Below are positions 11,170 through 21,452 of a stretch of 64,000 nucleotides of DNA, one piece after another (position 1 is the stretch's first letter; every line of letters begins with the position of its first letter). Source of the stretch: Alphaproteobacteria bacterium. GTDB lineage: Bacteria; Pseudomonadota; Alphaproteobacteria; UBA9219. Both the position numbers and the translations under genes were made by a program. The notes beneath the pieces are model-generated. The model did no database searches. It was not told the origin of the DNA and saw nothing but the letters and a program-made list of their open reading frames with translations. Location: the NCBI GenBank assembly GCA_033763555.1, contig JANRKK010000036.1, forward strand, positions 2,418 through 66,417. The letters are read 5' to 3'.

Positions 11170-11481
11170 CTAGCGGGAGGATTCGACCATCGCTTCCCTG
11201 TATGCCAGCGGCGTCAAGGGATAGCGGTTGGCGGGGTCAACATTGATCAGGCGGTTAGGATTGACGTCTTGCGGATGGGGATAACATTCCGAATAGCCCA
11301 TGGTGGAATAGCACCAGCTTTCATGTTGGGCGATCTGGCTTTCGGTATCGGCGGGCGGTTCTTCGCCGGGCTTTGTGCCCCAGATGCCCAAGGCCGCGCC
11401 ACCAAGCCCAATGACTGTGCCATTGCAACCTGACAAAATCAGTGCAGCGAGAATAAGGGACGAAAAGGAAACGAACTTCAT
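11170..11481 (-). CDS. small lipoprotein (hypothetical)
   Basis: MKFVSFSSLILAALILSGC has a lipobox LSGC. The ORF is divergent from the large Cys-repeat gene. Confidence 0.5.
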   Translation of the reverse strand: MKFVSFSSLILAALILSGCNGTVIGLGGAALGIWGTKPGEEPPADTESQIAQHESWCYSTMGYSECYPHPQDVNPNRLINVDPANRYPLTPLAYREAMVESSR

Positions 11482-11561
11482 GGCATACCCGTTGAGGCAA
11501 TGCCCCACCCCTTCAGACTAATCCGCCCGGGTTAACGAAAGTTTAAGGTTGATTTCCGGCC

Positions 11562-12476
11562 TTAAGACACAATGTCTTGGCTGCGGTAGCCCTGCGCATA
11601 GAGCAGCGCACGCAGATCGGCACAATTCACCTGATGCGCCACGGCGGCGCGGACATGCGGCTTGGCGTGATAGGCGATGCCGAGCCCGCCACCTGCATTG
11701 CAGGCATCCAACATCGGAATGTCGTTGGCGCCATCGCCGACTGTGATGGTTTCGCTCAGCGCCACGCCATGCTGCTTGCAGGCATGTTCCAGCAGCGCTT
11801 TTTTCGTGTCCTTGTCGAGCACGGGTTCGATAACGCTGCCGGAAATGAGGTTGTTCTCGACCGCCAGCGTGTTGGCATAAGCCTCATGAAATCCCAGTTT
11901 TGCGGCCACAGGCTGGACAAAACAGGTAAAGCCGCCGGAGACAAGCCAGCAGATGGCACCATGTTTTTTCATCGTCGCGATCAGCGCCTCCGCGCCCGGC
12001 ATGGGCGTGATGCGTTCCATCACCTTGATCATAAGCGAAGCAGGCTGGCCCTGCAGCAGCGCGACGCGCTCACGCAGGGCTCCGGCAAAATCAATTTCGC
12101 CATTCATGGCGCGTGCCGTGATGGCCGCCACTTTCTCGCGCTGGCCGATCGCATCGGCCATTTCATCCAGCATTTCCTGCTGGATGATCGTCGATTCCAT
12201 ATCCGCCAGAAGAAGCTTTTTCCGGCGGCCTTCTACGGGTTGCACGATGACATCAACCTTTTGGCCTTGCAGTTTTTCGACCAGCAGCGCGCGCAGTTTT
12301 TCGGCTGCCAGCCCTTCACAGAAAAGATCGGCGGCTTCGCCTTCCGCCAGCCAGTCGATACGGATATTTTTGGCGCCCTGCCCTTCGGCATAGGCGACCA
12401 TATCTTTCAGAAGCGCGGTGGAAAGTCCGGACGGTACGCCTGCGATGAAGGACGCGACGATTGTAGCGGAGGACAT
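11562..12476 (-). CDS. serB: phosphoserine phosphatase
   Basis: An HAD fold with an ACT-like N-domain; motifs ITVGDGANDIPML and LVSGGF. Confidence 0.9.
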   Translation of the reverse strand: MSSATIVASFIAGVPSGLSTALLKDMVAYAEGQGAKNIRIDWLAEGEAADLFCEGLAAEKLRALLVEKLQGQKVDVIVQPVEGRRKKLLLADMESTIIQQEMLDEMADAIGQREKVAAITARAMNGEIDFAGALRERVALLQGQPASLMIKVMERITPMPGAEALIATMKKHGAICWLVSGGFTCFVQPVAAKLGFHEAYANTLAVENNLISGSVIEPVLDKDTKKALLEHACKQHGVALSETITVGDGANDIPMLDACNAGGGLGIAYHAKPHVRAAVAHQVNCADLRALLYAQGYRSQDIVS

Positions 12477-12485
12477 TGCGGAGAG

Positions 12486-13145
12486 TTACTCGGCCGCGGC
12501 GGCTTCCGGTTCATCCCGGATCCAGGCGGCGAAATCATCTTCATCTTCCATGCCGCCATCATCGGCATTGTCGTCTTGTTCGCGCGGCAGGTTTTCCAGC
12601 ACAGGCCGCGTATCGAGCAGCCCGGCGGCCTTAAGCTCTTCCACACCCGGCAGGTCTTTCAGCGATTCCAGATTGAAATGGCTCATGAAATCCGTAGTGG
12701 TGTGCCAGGTCAGCGGACGACCCGGCGTTTCACGGCGCTTGCCCGGCTTGATCCAGCCCAGCTCCAGCAGAATGTCCAGCGTGCCACGGCTGGTTTCCAC
12801 GCCACGAATGCTTTCGATCTCGGCGCGCGTGATCGGCTGGTGATAGGCGATGATCGCCAGAACTTCGGCAGCAGCGCGCGGTAATTTGCGGCGCGGCTGG
12901 CGCGTGATTTTCATCTGCCCAGCAAGATCGGATGCCGTGCGGAAGCTCCAATGCCCGTCGGTCTCCACCAGATTCACGCCGCGCGGCGCGTAATGGTCTT
13001 TCAGCGCGCGCAGAAGTTCCGGCACATCCGTGTCCGGCAATTGCGCGGTCAGCATCTCGGCCGACAGCGGCTCGGCGCTGGCGAACAGAATAGCTTCGAG
13101 CAGCCGATATTCCGGTGTCATTTCGAGGGAAGTTTTGCGGCTCAT
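12486..13145 (-). CDS. scpB: segregation and condensation protein B
   Basis: LLEAILFASAEPLS...AAAEVLAIIAYHQPITRAEIESIRGV is a typical ScpB winged helix, with an acidic C-tail. Confidence 0.9.
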   Translation of the reverse strand: MSRKTSLEMTPEYRLLEAILFASAEPLSAEMLTAQLPDTDVPELLRALKDHYAPRGVNLVETDGHWSFRTASDLAGQMKITRQPRRKLPRAAAEVLAIIAYHQPITRAEIESIRGVETSRGTLDILLELGWIKPGKRRETPGRPLTWHTTTDFMSHFNLESLKDLPGVEELKAAGLLDTRPVLENLPREQDDNADDGGMEDEDDFAAWIRDEPEAAAAE

Positions 13146-13951
13146 TCGTCGCTCACAATTTGCGGGGTTTCACGGCGGCGCAGATATATGGGGGCGCAAG
13201 CCCCTTCCTGCTGCAACTCCAGCACGCCGTTCTTAACAAGTTCCAGCGTCGCCGCAAAGGTCGAAGCGATGGCCGAGCGGCGCTCCAGCGGCGGAACATC
13301 TTCACCCATAAAGGGCAGGAAATTCCGCAGGGCGCTCCAGCTCGGCATGACGCCCAGCTGGTTGCGCAAACGCTCAAGGCTTTCCTCAATGCTGTAAAGC
13401 CGCGTCGGGGCGATATTGTAGGCTACAGGCTTGCGGCGGCGCAAAGGTGCAGCCAGCGCCGACAGCAAATCCTGAATGGGCAGGAAATAAATCGGCTTTT
13501 CCTCGACCTCGACCTCTTCCGGCATACCGCGCAGGAAAACATCGAAGCCCAAACGCGGCAGCGCCTGCACCTGTTGCGCGGCCTTCTGCATCGCTTCGAG
13601 CCGCAGCAGCTGGAAGCGCAGCGCTTCGGCCATTTGCGCCGGGTCGGGTTCGCCCGTGTTGGGCGTTTCAACGGGCAGCAGCAAACGCGATTTCAGGAAC
13701 GCCAGCCATGCGGCCATCACGAGATAATCAGCAGCAACTTCAAGGCGCAGTTTGCGCGCCGAGGCAATGAAGGCGAGATATTGTTCGGCCAGCGGCAGGA
13801 TGGCGATTTTGCCGAGATCAACCTTCTGCTCGCGCGCGAGATTGAGCAGCAGATCGATCGGTCCTTCAAAACCGTCGAGCGCCAGCACCAGATCCGCCGA
13901 CGTTGCCGCGGCGAAAGCCTCGCTGGTGTAGGGGGTTACATCGTCCATCAT
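13142..13951 (-). CDS. scpA: segregation and condensation protein A
   Basis: FEGPIDLLLNLAREQKVDLGKIAILPLAEQYL; the start is taken at ATG 13951 (MMDDVTPY), and it overlaps scpB by 4 nt. Confidence 0.85.
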   Translation of the reverse strand: MMDDVTPYTSEAFAAATSADLVLALDGFEGPIDLLLNLAREQKVDLGKIAILPLAEQYLAFIASARKLRLEVAADYLVMAAWLAFLKSRLLLPVETPNTGEPDPAQMAEALRFQLLRLEAMQKAAQQVQALPRLGFDVFLRGMPEEVEVEEKPIYFLPIQDLLSALAAPLRRRKPVAYNIAPTRLYSIEESLERLRNQLGVMPSWSALRNFLPFMGEDVPPLERRSAIASTFAATLELVKNGVLELQQEGACAPIYLRRRETPQIVSDE

Positions 13952-14053
13952 CACGATCAAATAGCCTGAATGAAATGCGTGTCCCACAGGGACGAATCAT
14001 CTTCAAAATCGCATAAAACAGCGCTTTCCGGCAAGTTTTATCGGGCCCAAAGG

Positions 14054-15142
14054 TTAAGCCACCGCACCCTGATCCCAGGCAAGGCCGCCCAGCAATATAT
14101 CGAGCCGGGCGTTATCCGCCGCCGGATCATAGGCTTCCGGCGTCTTAACCATCGCACGGGCATGTTCCCACCGTGCCCAGGCTGCATCCTTCATCGGCCC
14201 CAGCGCGCTGGCGACCGCCTTCATCTCCTCCAGCCTGCCGTTGCAATGAAGAACAACATCCGATCCCGCCTCCAGCGCCTTGCGCGCCAGATCGTCCGGC
14301 GTGCCGCTGAGCGCTTTCATGTTGAGATCGTCCGACAGCAGAAGCCCGTCGAATCCGAGCGTGCCGCGAATAATATCCTGATGCACATTGACCGAGAGCG
14401 AAGCCGGGTTGCGCGGATCGATGGACATAAACACCGCATGCGAATTCATGCCGATGGGCAAATCTTTTAAAAGTTCAAACGGCATGAAGTCGTCGCTTTC
14501 CAGTTCGGCGCGCGTCGCATCGATGATCGGCAGCACCAGATGCGGATCGGTCTTGAGCCGCCCATGGCCGGGAAAATGCTTGATCACGGGCAGAATGCCA
14601 TGCGCCAGAAATGTCTCCGCCCACAGGCGCGCCAGAGCCGCGACCACGGCGGGCTTGCGGCTGAGCGCGCGGTCGCCGATGGCCGAGGATGCGCCGGGGA
14701 TGAGCAAATCCACCACAGGCGCGCAATTGACGGTGAAGCCAAGCTGCACCAGCTCATGCGCCACAAGCCTTGCATAACATTGCATTGCCTCTGCGCCCCA
14801 GTCGGCATCGCGCTCATACATCGCGCCGAAAGCGCGGGCCGCCGGATGCTGTGGCCAATGCGGTGGCTGCAGGCGCGATACGCGTCCACCTTCCTGATCG
14901 ATCAAAATGGGCGCATCCTCGCGCCCGACGGCGAAACGCAATTCCTTGATCAGGCCCTTGACCTGTTCCGGGTCTTCGCAATTGCGCGCGAACAGAATGA
15001 ATCCAAACGGATTGCTTTGCTTGAAAAAAGCGCGTTCCTCGGGAAGCAAGACAGGCCGCGAGCAACCGAAGATAACGGGCAGAGGCCGTCCCGCCTGGCG
15101 GCTGGAACGGGCGCGCGGCGGGGTATCCTCAGGGCCGGACAA
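14054..15142 (-). CDS. nagZ: beta-N-acetylhexosaminidase (GH3)
   Basis: ILFARN...LIDQEGGRVSRL...KHFPGHGR is a GH3 NagZ signature. The start codon at 15142 is TTG and its exact position is uncertain. Confidence 0.9.
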   Translation of the reverse strand: MSGPEDTPPRARSSRQAGRPLPVIFGCSRPVLLPEERAFFKQSNPFGFILFARNCEDPEQVKGLIKELRFAVGREDAPILIDQEGGRVSRLQPPHWPQHPAARAFGAMYERDADWGAEAMQCYARLVAHELVQLGFTVNCAPVVDLLIPGASSAIGDRALSRKPAVVAALARLWAETFLAHGILPVIKHFPGHGRLKTDPHLVLPIIDATRAELESDDFMPFELLKDLPIGMNSHAVFMSIDPRNPASLSVNVHQDIIRGTLGFDGLLLSDDLNMKALSGTPDDLARKALEAGSDVVLHCNGRLEEMKAVASALGPMKDAAWARWEHARAMVKTPEAYDPAADNARLDILLGGLAWDQGAVA

Positions 15143-15884
15143 GGAAGCAGCTCGCCTTGGCTTTTTTCAGCGCGGCGCACAGGCTGCTGGCATGGGTTTC
15201 GGTCAGGCCCGCGCTCTGCACCCGGTAATAAACGCCCTTTCCGCCCAGATCGGCACGGATGACCTGCAATTTGGTCTCGCCCAGAATGGCGGCGTATTTT
15301 TTCTGCATCTGGCCCATGGTTTTTTGCGCGGCGGCCTGTTCGGCCAGCGATGCCAGCTGAATTTTATGCTTGCCCTTGGCGGCAGTTTTGGCGGGCGCAG
15401 GCGCTGCCGCCGGGGCAGGCGCGGGTTCCGGCGCCGCAGCGACGGGGGCTGGAGACGGCGTAGGCGCTTCTGTCACCGTTGCAGGCGGCAAAGTTTCAAT
15501 CTGGCCAGGTGCGGGTGCCGCGGATGCCGTATCGGCAGGCGCGGTTGGCGCGGCACCAGCCTGCGGCGCTTCGGGCGGCGGCAAAAGATGCTCAACCGCA
15601 GGCTTCGCAGGAGAGGCGCCGTCCAGCGATTGATAGACTTGCACATCCTGATGCGGAATATCGATGCCGCCGGGTTCTTCCGGTTTTTGTTTCCAATCGC
15701 TTTCGGCGGTGATGGTGGGAATATCTTCCGGATTGGTCGGCGTCGAACCGCCGAATTTCCAATAAACGCCACTCGCGACCACCACCGCCAACAGGGCGAT
15801 GGTTATAACGCGCCGTTTCCGCCCCGGCGGATTGATGTCGGAGCGTACGGGACGTTCAGGGAACAGTTCAGGTGGAAGGCTCAT
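15129..15884 (-). CDS. SPOR domain-containing (cell division/septal PG-binding) protein
   Basis: An N-terminal TM helix, a Pro/Ala-rich linker, and a C-terminal SPOR-like region KIQLASLAEQAAAQKTMGQMQKKY...GKGVYYRVQSAGL. ATG 15884 has the SD GAGGAG. Confidence 0.7.
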   Translation of the reverse strand: MSLPPELFPERPVRSDINPPGRKRRVITIALLAVVVASGVYWKFGGSTPTNPEDIPTITAESDWKQKPEEPGGIDIPHQDVQVYQSLDGASPAKPAVEHLLPPPEAPQAGAAPTAPADTASAAPAPGQIETLPPATVTEAPTPSPAPVAAAPEPAPAPAAAPAPAKTAAKGKHKIQLASLAEQAAAQKTMGQMQKKYAAILGETKLQVIRADLGGKGVYYRVQSAGLTETHASSLCAALKKAKASCFLVRP

Positions 15885-17637
15885 GGCGCATCTCCTCGAT
15901 CGGGGCGCAGCCCATGACAGCAAGGCCGCTTTGCAGAGTTATCTGTACTGATTTAATGAGCGCGAGGCGCGTGCGGGTCAAGGCTTTGTCGTCGGGCACG
16001 ATAAAACGCAGGGAAGCGTTCTCGTTGCCCTTGTTCCACAACCCGTGAAACAGCGCCGCCAGCTCCATCAGGTAAAAAGCGATTCGGTGCGGCTCCCGCG
16101 CCTGCGCAGCCGCCTCGACAAGGCGCGGCCAGTTGGCCATGCCCTTGATCAGCTGCAATTCCTCGGCTGAGACGATGGGTTTCAGATCGGCCTGCGCCAG
16201 CGATTCTGGCGTCAATTCGGCCACCGAAAATATTTCGGCCGCATGCCGCAGGATGGAGCAACAACGCGCATGCGCATATTGCACATAGAAAACCGGATTG
16301 TCGCGGGTTTGCTCCACCACCTTGGCGAAATCGAAATCGAGCGGCGATTTCGGATCGCGCGTCAACATGAAAAACCGCACCGCGCCGGATCCCACCTGCT
16401 CCACCATCTCGCGCAGCGTCACAAGATTGCCCGAGCGCTTGGACAATTTCACAGGCTCGCCATTTTTGAAAACCTTGACGATGTTGTTGAAGATGACATC
16501 AAGTTTCGCCTTGCCATCGCTGAAGGCAGCAATAGCGGGACGCATCTTGTCGAGATAGCCACCATGGTCGGTGCCCAACACATTGATCATGAGCGCGAAG
16601 CCACGACCGATCATCTCATAATGATAGGCAATGTCGGGCATGATGTAAGCCCATGTTCCGTCACGCTTTTTCAGGGGTCGATCGGTGCTGTCGCCGAAAT
16701 TGCTGGAGCGGAACAGCACGAGAGGCTCGGGCGTCCAGCCTTCCATTTCCTTGCCCTTGGGCGGCGGCAGGGTACCCGTGTAGATCAGCCCCTTCCCTTC
16801 CAGAATCTTGAACGCCTTTTCCAGCGTGCCGTTTTCGATCAGCTCACGCTCGTTGGAAAACACATCATGATGAATGCCTATGAGGTCGAGATCCTCGCGG
16901 ATCATCTTCATCATATACTGCACAGCAAAATCGCGGACGGGCGCGAGCCATTCGGATTCCGGCTTGCCCTGCCATTTTGTGCCGTCGCGCTGCGCCAGCG
17001 AAGCGCCGACATCTTTTAGATATTCGCCGGGATAAAGCCCTTCCGGTATCGCGCCGATGGTCTCGCCCAGCGCCTCGCGGTAACGCAGATGCGTCGTGCG
17101 CGCCAGCACATCCACCTGCGTCCCGGCATCATTGAAGTAATATTCGCGCGTGACGTCATAGCCTGCTTTTTTCATCAGGTTCGACAGCGTATCGCCCAAC
17201 ACCGCGCCGCGTACATGGCCCGCATGCATCGGCCCGGTCGGATTGGCCGAGACATATTCAACATTGACCTTTTCCTTTTTGCCCATCGCGCTGTCGCCGT
17301 AACGCAGGCCAGAGGCGAGGATTTCGCGCATTTCGGCGTGCCAGACTTCCGGCTTCAGGCGCAGATTGATGAAGCCCGGCCCGGCGATGTCGACGGATGT
17401 AACGGATGGGTTTTTTTCCAGAAGGGGTTTAAGCGCCTGCGCTGTTGCCAGCGGTTTCTGGCCCGTCGCCTTGGCCGACACCATCGCCACATTGGTTGCT
17501 ACATCACCATGTTCCACTTCACGCGGCGGCTCAACGGTGAAAGGCGGAAATTCACCATGGAGCTTCAGCGCACCCGCTTTCACGGCCTCATCAATGGCGG
17601 CGCCGACGGCGTTATGGATATTTTTAAAAACGGTCAT
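15868..17637 (-). CDS. argS: arginine--tRNA ligase
   Basis: Full-length class I aaRS; HAGH-like PMHAGHVRG and KMSK-like motifs, and the Arg-tRNA synthetase N-domain. Confidence 0.95.
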   Translation of the reverse strand: MTVFKNIHNAVGAAIDEAVKAGALKLHGEFPPFTVEPPREVEHGDVATNVAMVSAKATGQKPLATAQALKPLLEKNPSVTSVDIAGPGFINLRLKPEVWHAEMREILASGLRYGDSAMGKKEKVNVEYVSANPTGPMHAGHVRGAVLGDTLSNLMKKAGYDVTREYYFNDAGTQVDVLARTTHLRYREALGETIGAIPEGLYPGEYLKDVGASLAQRDGTKWQGKPESEWLAPVRDFAVQYMMKMIREDLDLIGIHHDVFSNERELIENGTLEKAFKILEGKGLIYTGTLPPPKGKEMEGWTPEPLVLFRSSNFGDSTDRPLKKRDGTWAYIMPDIAYHYEMIGRGFALMINVLGTDHGGYLDKMRPAIAAFSDGKAKLDVIFNNIVKVFKNGEPVKLSKRSGNLVTLREMVEQVGSGAVRFFMLTRDPKSPLDFDFAKVVEQTRDNPVFYVQYAHARCCSILRHAAEIFSVAELTPESLAQADLKPIVSAEELQLIKGMANWPRLVEAAAQAREPHRIAFYLMELAALFHGLWNKGNENASLRFIVPDDKALTRTRLALIKSVQITLQSGLAVMGCAPIEEMRHEPST

Positions 17638-17640
17638 ATT

Positions 17641-18051
17641 TCAACCAACCTTTTGCCTGCCAACAATAGTGCCCTGACACCCCGAAGAGCCGCAGCTGCA
17701 TGTCATGCGCTGACCAATTGCGATACACTCAGCGTAATCAGCCGTTATTTCTTCTCCCTCATTTATATCTTTTACGGCAATGTCACATTTATCGCCTGTT
17801 GTCGTATTGGCATTGCATGAATGATTTACAAATCTTTCCGGCTTTCCCATGAGGAAGATTTTACCGTGATTGATGTCAACGTAAGGACGTTCCGATTCGG
17901 GAAGATTTTCATATTCTTCGTTGCTCAATTCTTTTGCATTCGTCCAATGCAGCACAACTTCTCCCTGCTGAAAAAGCCTGGCGGCAAAAAGTCCTCGTCC
18001 ATGAATGGGTGAGGATTTAACAATAAATCCTGCAAAGCTTTCGGGCTGCAT
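17641..18051 (-). CDS. SET-domain protein (putative protein-lysine methyltransferase)
   Basis: RFVNHSCNANT...GEEITADY are SET motifs, and the Cys-rich post-SET tail is CSCGSSGCQG. GC is about 45% versus about 60% in the flanks. The start ATG overlaps the dgt stop (TAATG). Confidence 0.8.
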   Translation of the reverse strand: MQPESFAGFIVKSSPIHGRGLFAARLFQQGEVVLHWTNAKELSNEEYENLPESERPYVDINHGKIFLMGKPERFVNHSCNANTTTGDKCDIAVKDINEGEEITADYAECIAIGQRMTCSCGSSGCQGTIVGRQKVG

Positions 18052-19235
18052 TAGTCTATCGTCTCCGACGAAAATAATTTCCTGTGCTCGCGCATGGCGT
18101 AGCGGTCGGTCATCCCGGCAATGTAATCAGCGATCAGGCGCGCCTTGGTTGCATCGCCGCTTTCTCCGGCGCGCAAAGTTTCGTACCAGGTGCCGGGCAG
18201 ACAGCTCGGCTCCTGCATGAAAAAGCCGAACAGCTCCTTCACGATGCGTCGCGCGCGCGCGCAGACGCGGTTGACCTTGCTGTGGCGGTACATGCGCGCC
18301 TGCAGGAAGTCGCGCAGGATATTGATATTTTGATTCATATCGAAACTGAAACTAACGGCGGCCTGTTTGGCGTTGCGGATATCTGCGGCGCTTTTCGGGC
18401 CGAGGCTTTCCAGATTTTGCCGCGTTGCCTCCAGAACATCCGTGACCATAAGGCCGATCACTTCACGCACCGTTTCATACATCAGTCGGTCTTTCGATGT
18501 CTCCGGATAACGCGCCTGCATGCCAAGCAGCGCGGGGCCGAACAGCGGAAGCTCTTTCACATCCTCCAGGCGAAACAGACCCGCGCGATAGCCATCATCG
18601 ATGTCATGCGTGTTGTAGGCGATATCGTCGGCGAGCGCCGCCACCTGCGCCTCGGGCCCGGCGAAACTGCCCGGCTCCAGATCCCATTGGGTGCAGAAGC
18701 TGCGGATGCCCGGCGATAAATCTTCCAGCGCGACAGGGCCGTTATGCTTGACGACGCCTTCCAGCGTTTCCCAGCTGAGATTGAGCCCGTCGAATTTCGC
18801 GTAGCGGTTTTCCAGTTTCGTCAGGATGCGAAAGGTCTGGTCATTATGGCTGAAGCCGCCCCAGGGCCGCATGGCTTCATCCAACCCCTCCTCGCCCGCA
18901 TGGCCGAAGCAGGTATGGCCGAGATCATGCGCCAGTGCCAAAGCTTCGGTCAGATCTTCATCGACGCGCAGCGCGCGGCTGATGGAGCGCGCGATCTGCG
19001 CGACTTCCAGCGAATGCGTCAGGCGCGTGCGGTAATAGTCACCTTCGTTTTCGATAAACACTTGCGTCTTGTTCCGCAATTTGCGGAAGGCACCGGAATG
19101 GATAATGCGGTCACGGTCGCGCTGGAACTCGGTACGCGTGGCGCTGCGCGGCTCAGGCACCAGCCGCCCCCGGGTTTCCCCGGCCTTGGTGGCGTAAAGC
19201 GCCAGATTTCCCATATTTTGCAGAGAGCCGTCCAT
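18051..19235 (-). CDS. dgt: dGTPase-like deoxyguanosinetriphosphate triphosphohydrolase (HD domain)
   Basis: FQRDRDRIIHS, HSLEVAQIARSI, HDLGHTCFGH. Start choice (19235, 19214 or TTG 19280) is uncertain. Confidence 0.85.
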   Translation of the reverse strand: MDGSLQNMGNLALYATKAGETRGRLVPEPRSATRTEFQRDRDRIIHSGAFRKLRNKTQVFIENEGDYYRTRLTHSLEVAQIARSISRALRVDEDLTEALALAHDLGHTCFGHAGEEGLDEAMRPWGGFSHNDQTFRILTKLENRYAKFDGLNLSWETLEGVVKHNGPVALEDLSPGIRSFCTQWDLEPGSFAGPEAQVAALADDIAYNTHDIDDGYRAGLFRLEDVKELPLFGPALLGMQARYPETSKDRLMYETVREVIGLMVTDVLEATRQNLESLGPKSAADIRNAKQAAVSFSFDMNQNINILRDFLQARMYRHSKVNRVCARARRIVKELFGFFMQEPSCLPGTWYETLRAGESGDATKARLIADYIAGMTDRYAMREHRKLFSSETID

Positions 19236-19336
19236 GGAAGGAGGATAGACCTCCCGCGGCTCTTCCGCCAGTGCGCACAAACAAAAAGGGCGGTGGGAAA
19301 ACCCACCGCCCTGAATTGTCGTCTAACCTTCAGATT

Positions 19337-20641
19337 TTAGAAGGTCATCTTTTGCGACAGCATGATCACATAACCTTCGTTGTGATCGTTGCGGTTGGCG
19401 CTCTGGTTAAAGAACACGCCGTCAACTGCCGATGTCAGGCCGGGGAACCATGTGTAGGTCGCACCAGCGCCGTAGGCGTTGAACATGACGTAGTTCGTAC
19501 CATTGACCGTCGAGGCCGTCGTACCGCTGCCACTGCGCAGCAGGTTGCTGTAGCCTTCGCCGTTCAGCCAGTTGGCGGCAACGGACACTTTGTCCATTTC
19601 GTACTTCGCACCAGCCGTCCAGACTTCTTGTTGACGGTTCTGATCGTGCACGGTGCCGTAGCGGCCCATGTCGTTATACGAACCACCGACTGTTACGCCA
19701 GCGTAGGTCACCTGACCACCGAGGCCCCAAGCTGTGAAGTCTTGGAAAGCGGGGTTGCTGGGGTCCGGACCGATGACTGTCGGCGCGTTTTGGAACAGAA
19801 CAGGCAGTGAGCCAGTTGCACCGTCGGGGCTCGAGTCACCTGTGGTGATCTGAGCGCTCAGGACAACGCTGACCGGGTTGAAGTTACCCCAGTAAGCAAT
19901 GTCACCTTCGATGACATCCTGGTACGGCGAGTAGACACGGCTGTTTGCGCTGCCGTTGCCTGTTTCGCTGAACTTGATGATGCTTGAACCGTAGTCATAG
20001 TGGTTTGGAGCATAGGACACGCCCGCCTGCACCTTGTGATTGTCGTTGCCGACTTTCGGGGTGTAGTAGGTGATCTTCGTGCTGTGCTCGGTGTTGTCGA
20101 TGCCGCTCGGCTGGAAGCGGGCGAGGGTCATCGGATCAACGAAGTCCATGTAACGGCCGTCGATTTGGCCTTCACCGACTGTCGGGGCATAAACGAACAG
20201 GTCGGAAGCGCCATGCTCGTCACCGAACAGGGCCTTACCGAACGCGCCGGATGTCCAGACATAGGCGGAGTTGACGGTTACGTTGTTACGGCCGCCGGAC
20301 CAAGGGGTCTGTTCCGGGGAACCGATATTGTCGAAAGCCGGAACGAAGTCGCTGACTTCAGGACCATTCCAGAGACTGATGTTGGCGCCGTATTCGATGC
20401 CGTTGGCAGCTTTGCCCATAGCTTCGACGTTGATTTTGAATTCCGTCAGGAAATCGCGGCTGGAACGCTTTTCGCCGGGTTCGGTGCCGGGCGATTCACG
20501 ATAGAAGCCAGCGACGAAATCGACATAACCGCCCATGTTGACGGTGATCGGCGACGGAGCCGGGGCTGCCTGAGCCGGGCTGGTTGCACCGAAAAGAGCA
20601 ACGCCAACCAAAGCTGTTGTCGCCAGTAGAACTTTACGCAT
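19337..20641 (-). CDS. outer-membrane porin (alphaproteobacterial Porin_2/Omp2/RopA-like)
   Basis: Signal peptide MRKVLLATTALVGVALFGATSPAQA, alternating beta-strand pattern, and a C-terminal aromatic residue (MTF). The SD GGGGGA lies upstream of ATG 20641. Confidence 0.75.
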   Translation of the reverse strand: MRKVLLATTALVGVALFGATSPAQAAPAPSPITVNMGGYVDFVAGFYRESPGTEPGEKRSSRDFLTEFKINVEAMGKAANGIEYGANISLWNGPEVSDFVPAFDNIGSPEQTPWSGGRNNVTVNSAYVWTSGAFGKALFGDEHGASDLFVYAPTVGEGQIDGRYMDFVDPMTLARFQPSGIDNTEHSTKITYYTPKVGNDNHKVQAGVSYAPNHYDYGSSIIKFSETGNGSANSRVYSPYQDVIEGDIAYWGNFNPVSVVLSAQITTGDSSPDGATGSLPVLFQNAPTVIGPDPSNPAFQDFTAWGLGGQVTYAGVTVGGSYNDMGRYGTVHDQNRQQEVWTAGAKYEMDKVSVAANWLNGEGYSNLLRSGSGTTASTVNGTNYVMFNAYGAGATYTWFPGLTSAVDGVFFNQSANRNDHNEGYVIMLSQKMTF

Positions 20642-20913
20642 GTTATCCCCCTCGTGGATGGATGAATGATTGAGACTGCTAGAAGTGACAAAGAGGGCAA
20701 TGCGCCCCGTCCGCGCCAATCTGGTACAGCGAACGTGAACAGACAAGCAGGAAATCAACGAAAAAAGGATTCATCGGGGTTGTGTGGCATCCGCGCAACG
20801 CGCGGGTTAACGCCTATATGATCTTGCAAAATATCGGCTTTTCCGGCATGAGGAGGGGGCGTAAAACGAAATTGGTTAACGCCTGCCGCCGTCCCACAGC
20901 CCCGGATAAAACA

Positions 20914-21441
20914 ATGACCCTCAGGAAAATTCTTGCCGCTACAGCCCTTTTGGCCCTGTTATCCGGTTGCTCAAGCCTGGGTCTCGAAAGCGACGCCACC
21001 TATAACGATAAAGACCGTGAAAAGCTCTATAAACACGGCAGTTTGGTGAGCGAGGAAGGTGGCACCAATTTGCTGGGCGGCGATGATAAAGCCAAGGCAC
21101 TTGAAAATTCCGGCATCGGCGTCAATGGATTTCTCTGGCGCGCGACCCTCGATACCATCTCCTTTATGCCCATATCATCGGCCGATCCTTTCGGTGGCGT
21201 AATCATTACCGATTGGTATTCCACCCCCGAAACGCCGGGCGAGCGCACCAAATTGAACGTCTATATCCGTGACCGTGACCTGCGCGCCGATGGCGTCAAG
21301 GTCGTTGTGTTCCGCCAGACCAAGGAATCGAACGGCGACTGGATTGATGCCGCCATTGCACCGACCACAGGCGGTTCGCTGGAAAATGCGATCCTCACAC
21401 GCGCGCGGCAAATCCGCATGGCGCAAAAACAGTTTCAATAA
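20914..21441 (+). CDS. DUF3576-like lipoprotein
   Basis: [19 protein letters not shown] has a lipobox. The gene is conserved upstream of leuS in alphaproteobacteria. Confidence 0.6.
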   Translation: MTLRKILAATALLALLSGCSSLGLESDATYNDKDREKLYKHGSLVSEEGGTNLLGGDDKAKALENSGIGVNGFLWRATLDTISFMPISSADPFGGVIITDWYSTPETPGERTKLNVYIRDRDLRADGVKVVVFRQTKESNGDWIDAAIAPTTGGSLENAILTRARQIRMAQKQFQ

Positions 21442-21452
21442 ATCCCCTTCCT

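Noticed and set aside
11577-12884. 435-aa plus-strand ORF
   Set aside because: It is antisense to serB and scpB.
18051-19280. dgt as a dedicated anti-phage dGTPase defence gene
   Set aside because: The argS-dgt linkage is the conserved housekeeping arrangement in alphaproteobacteria; no defence-island neighbours are present. Only the inserted SET gene is unusual.
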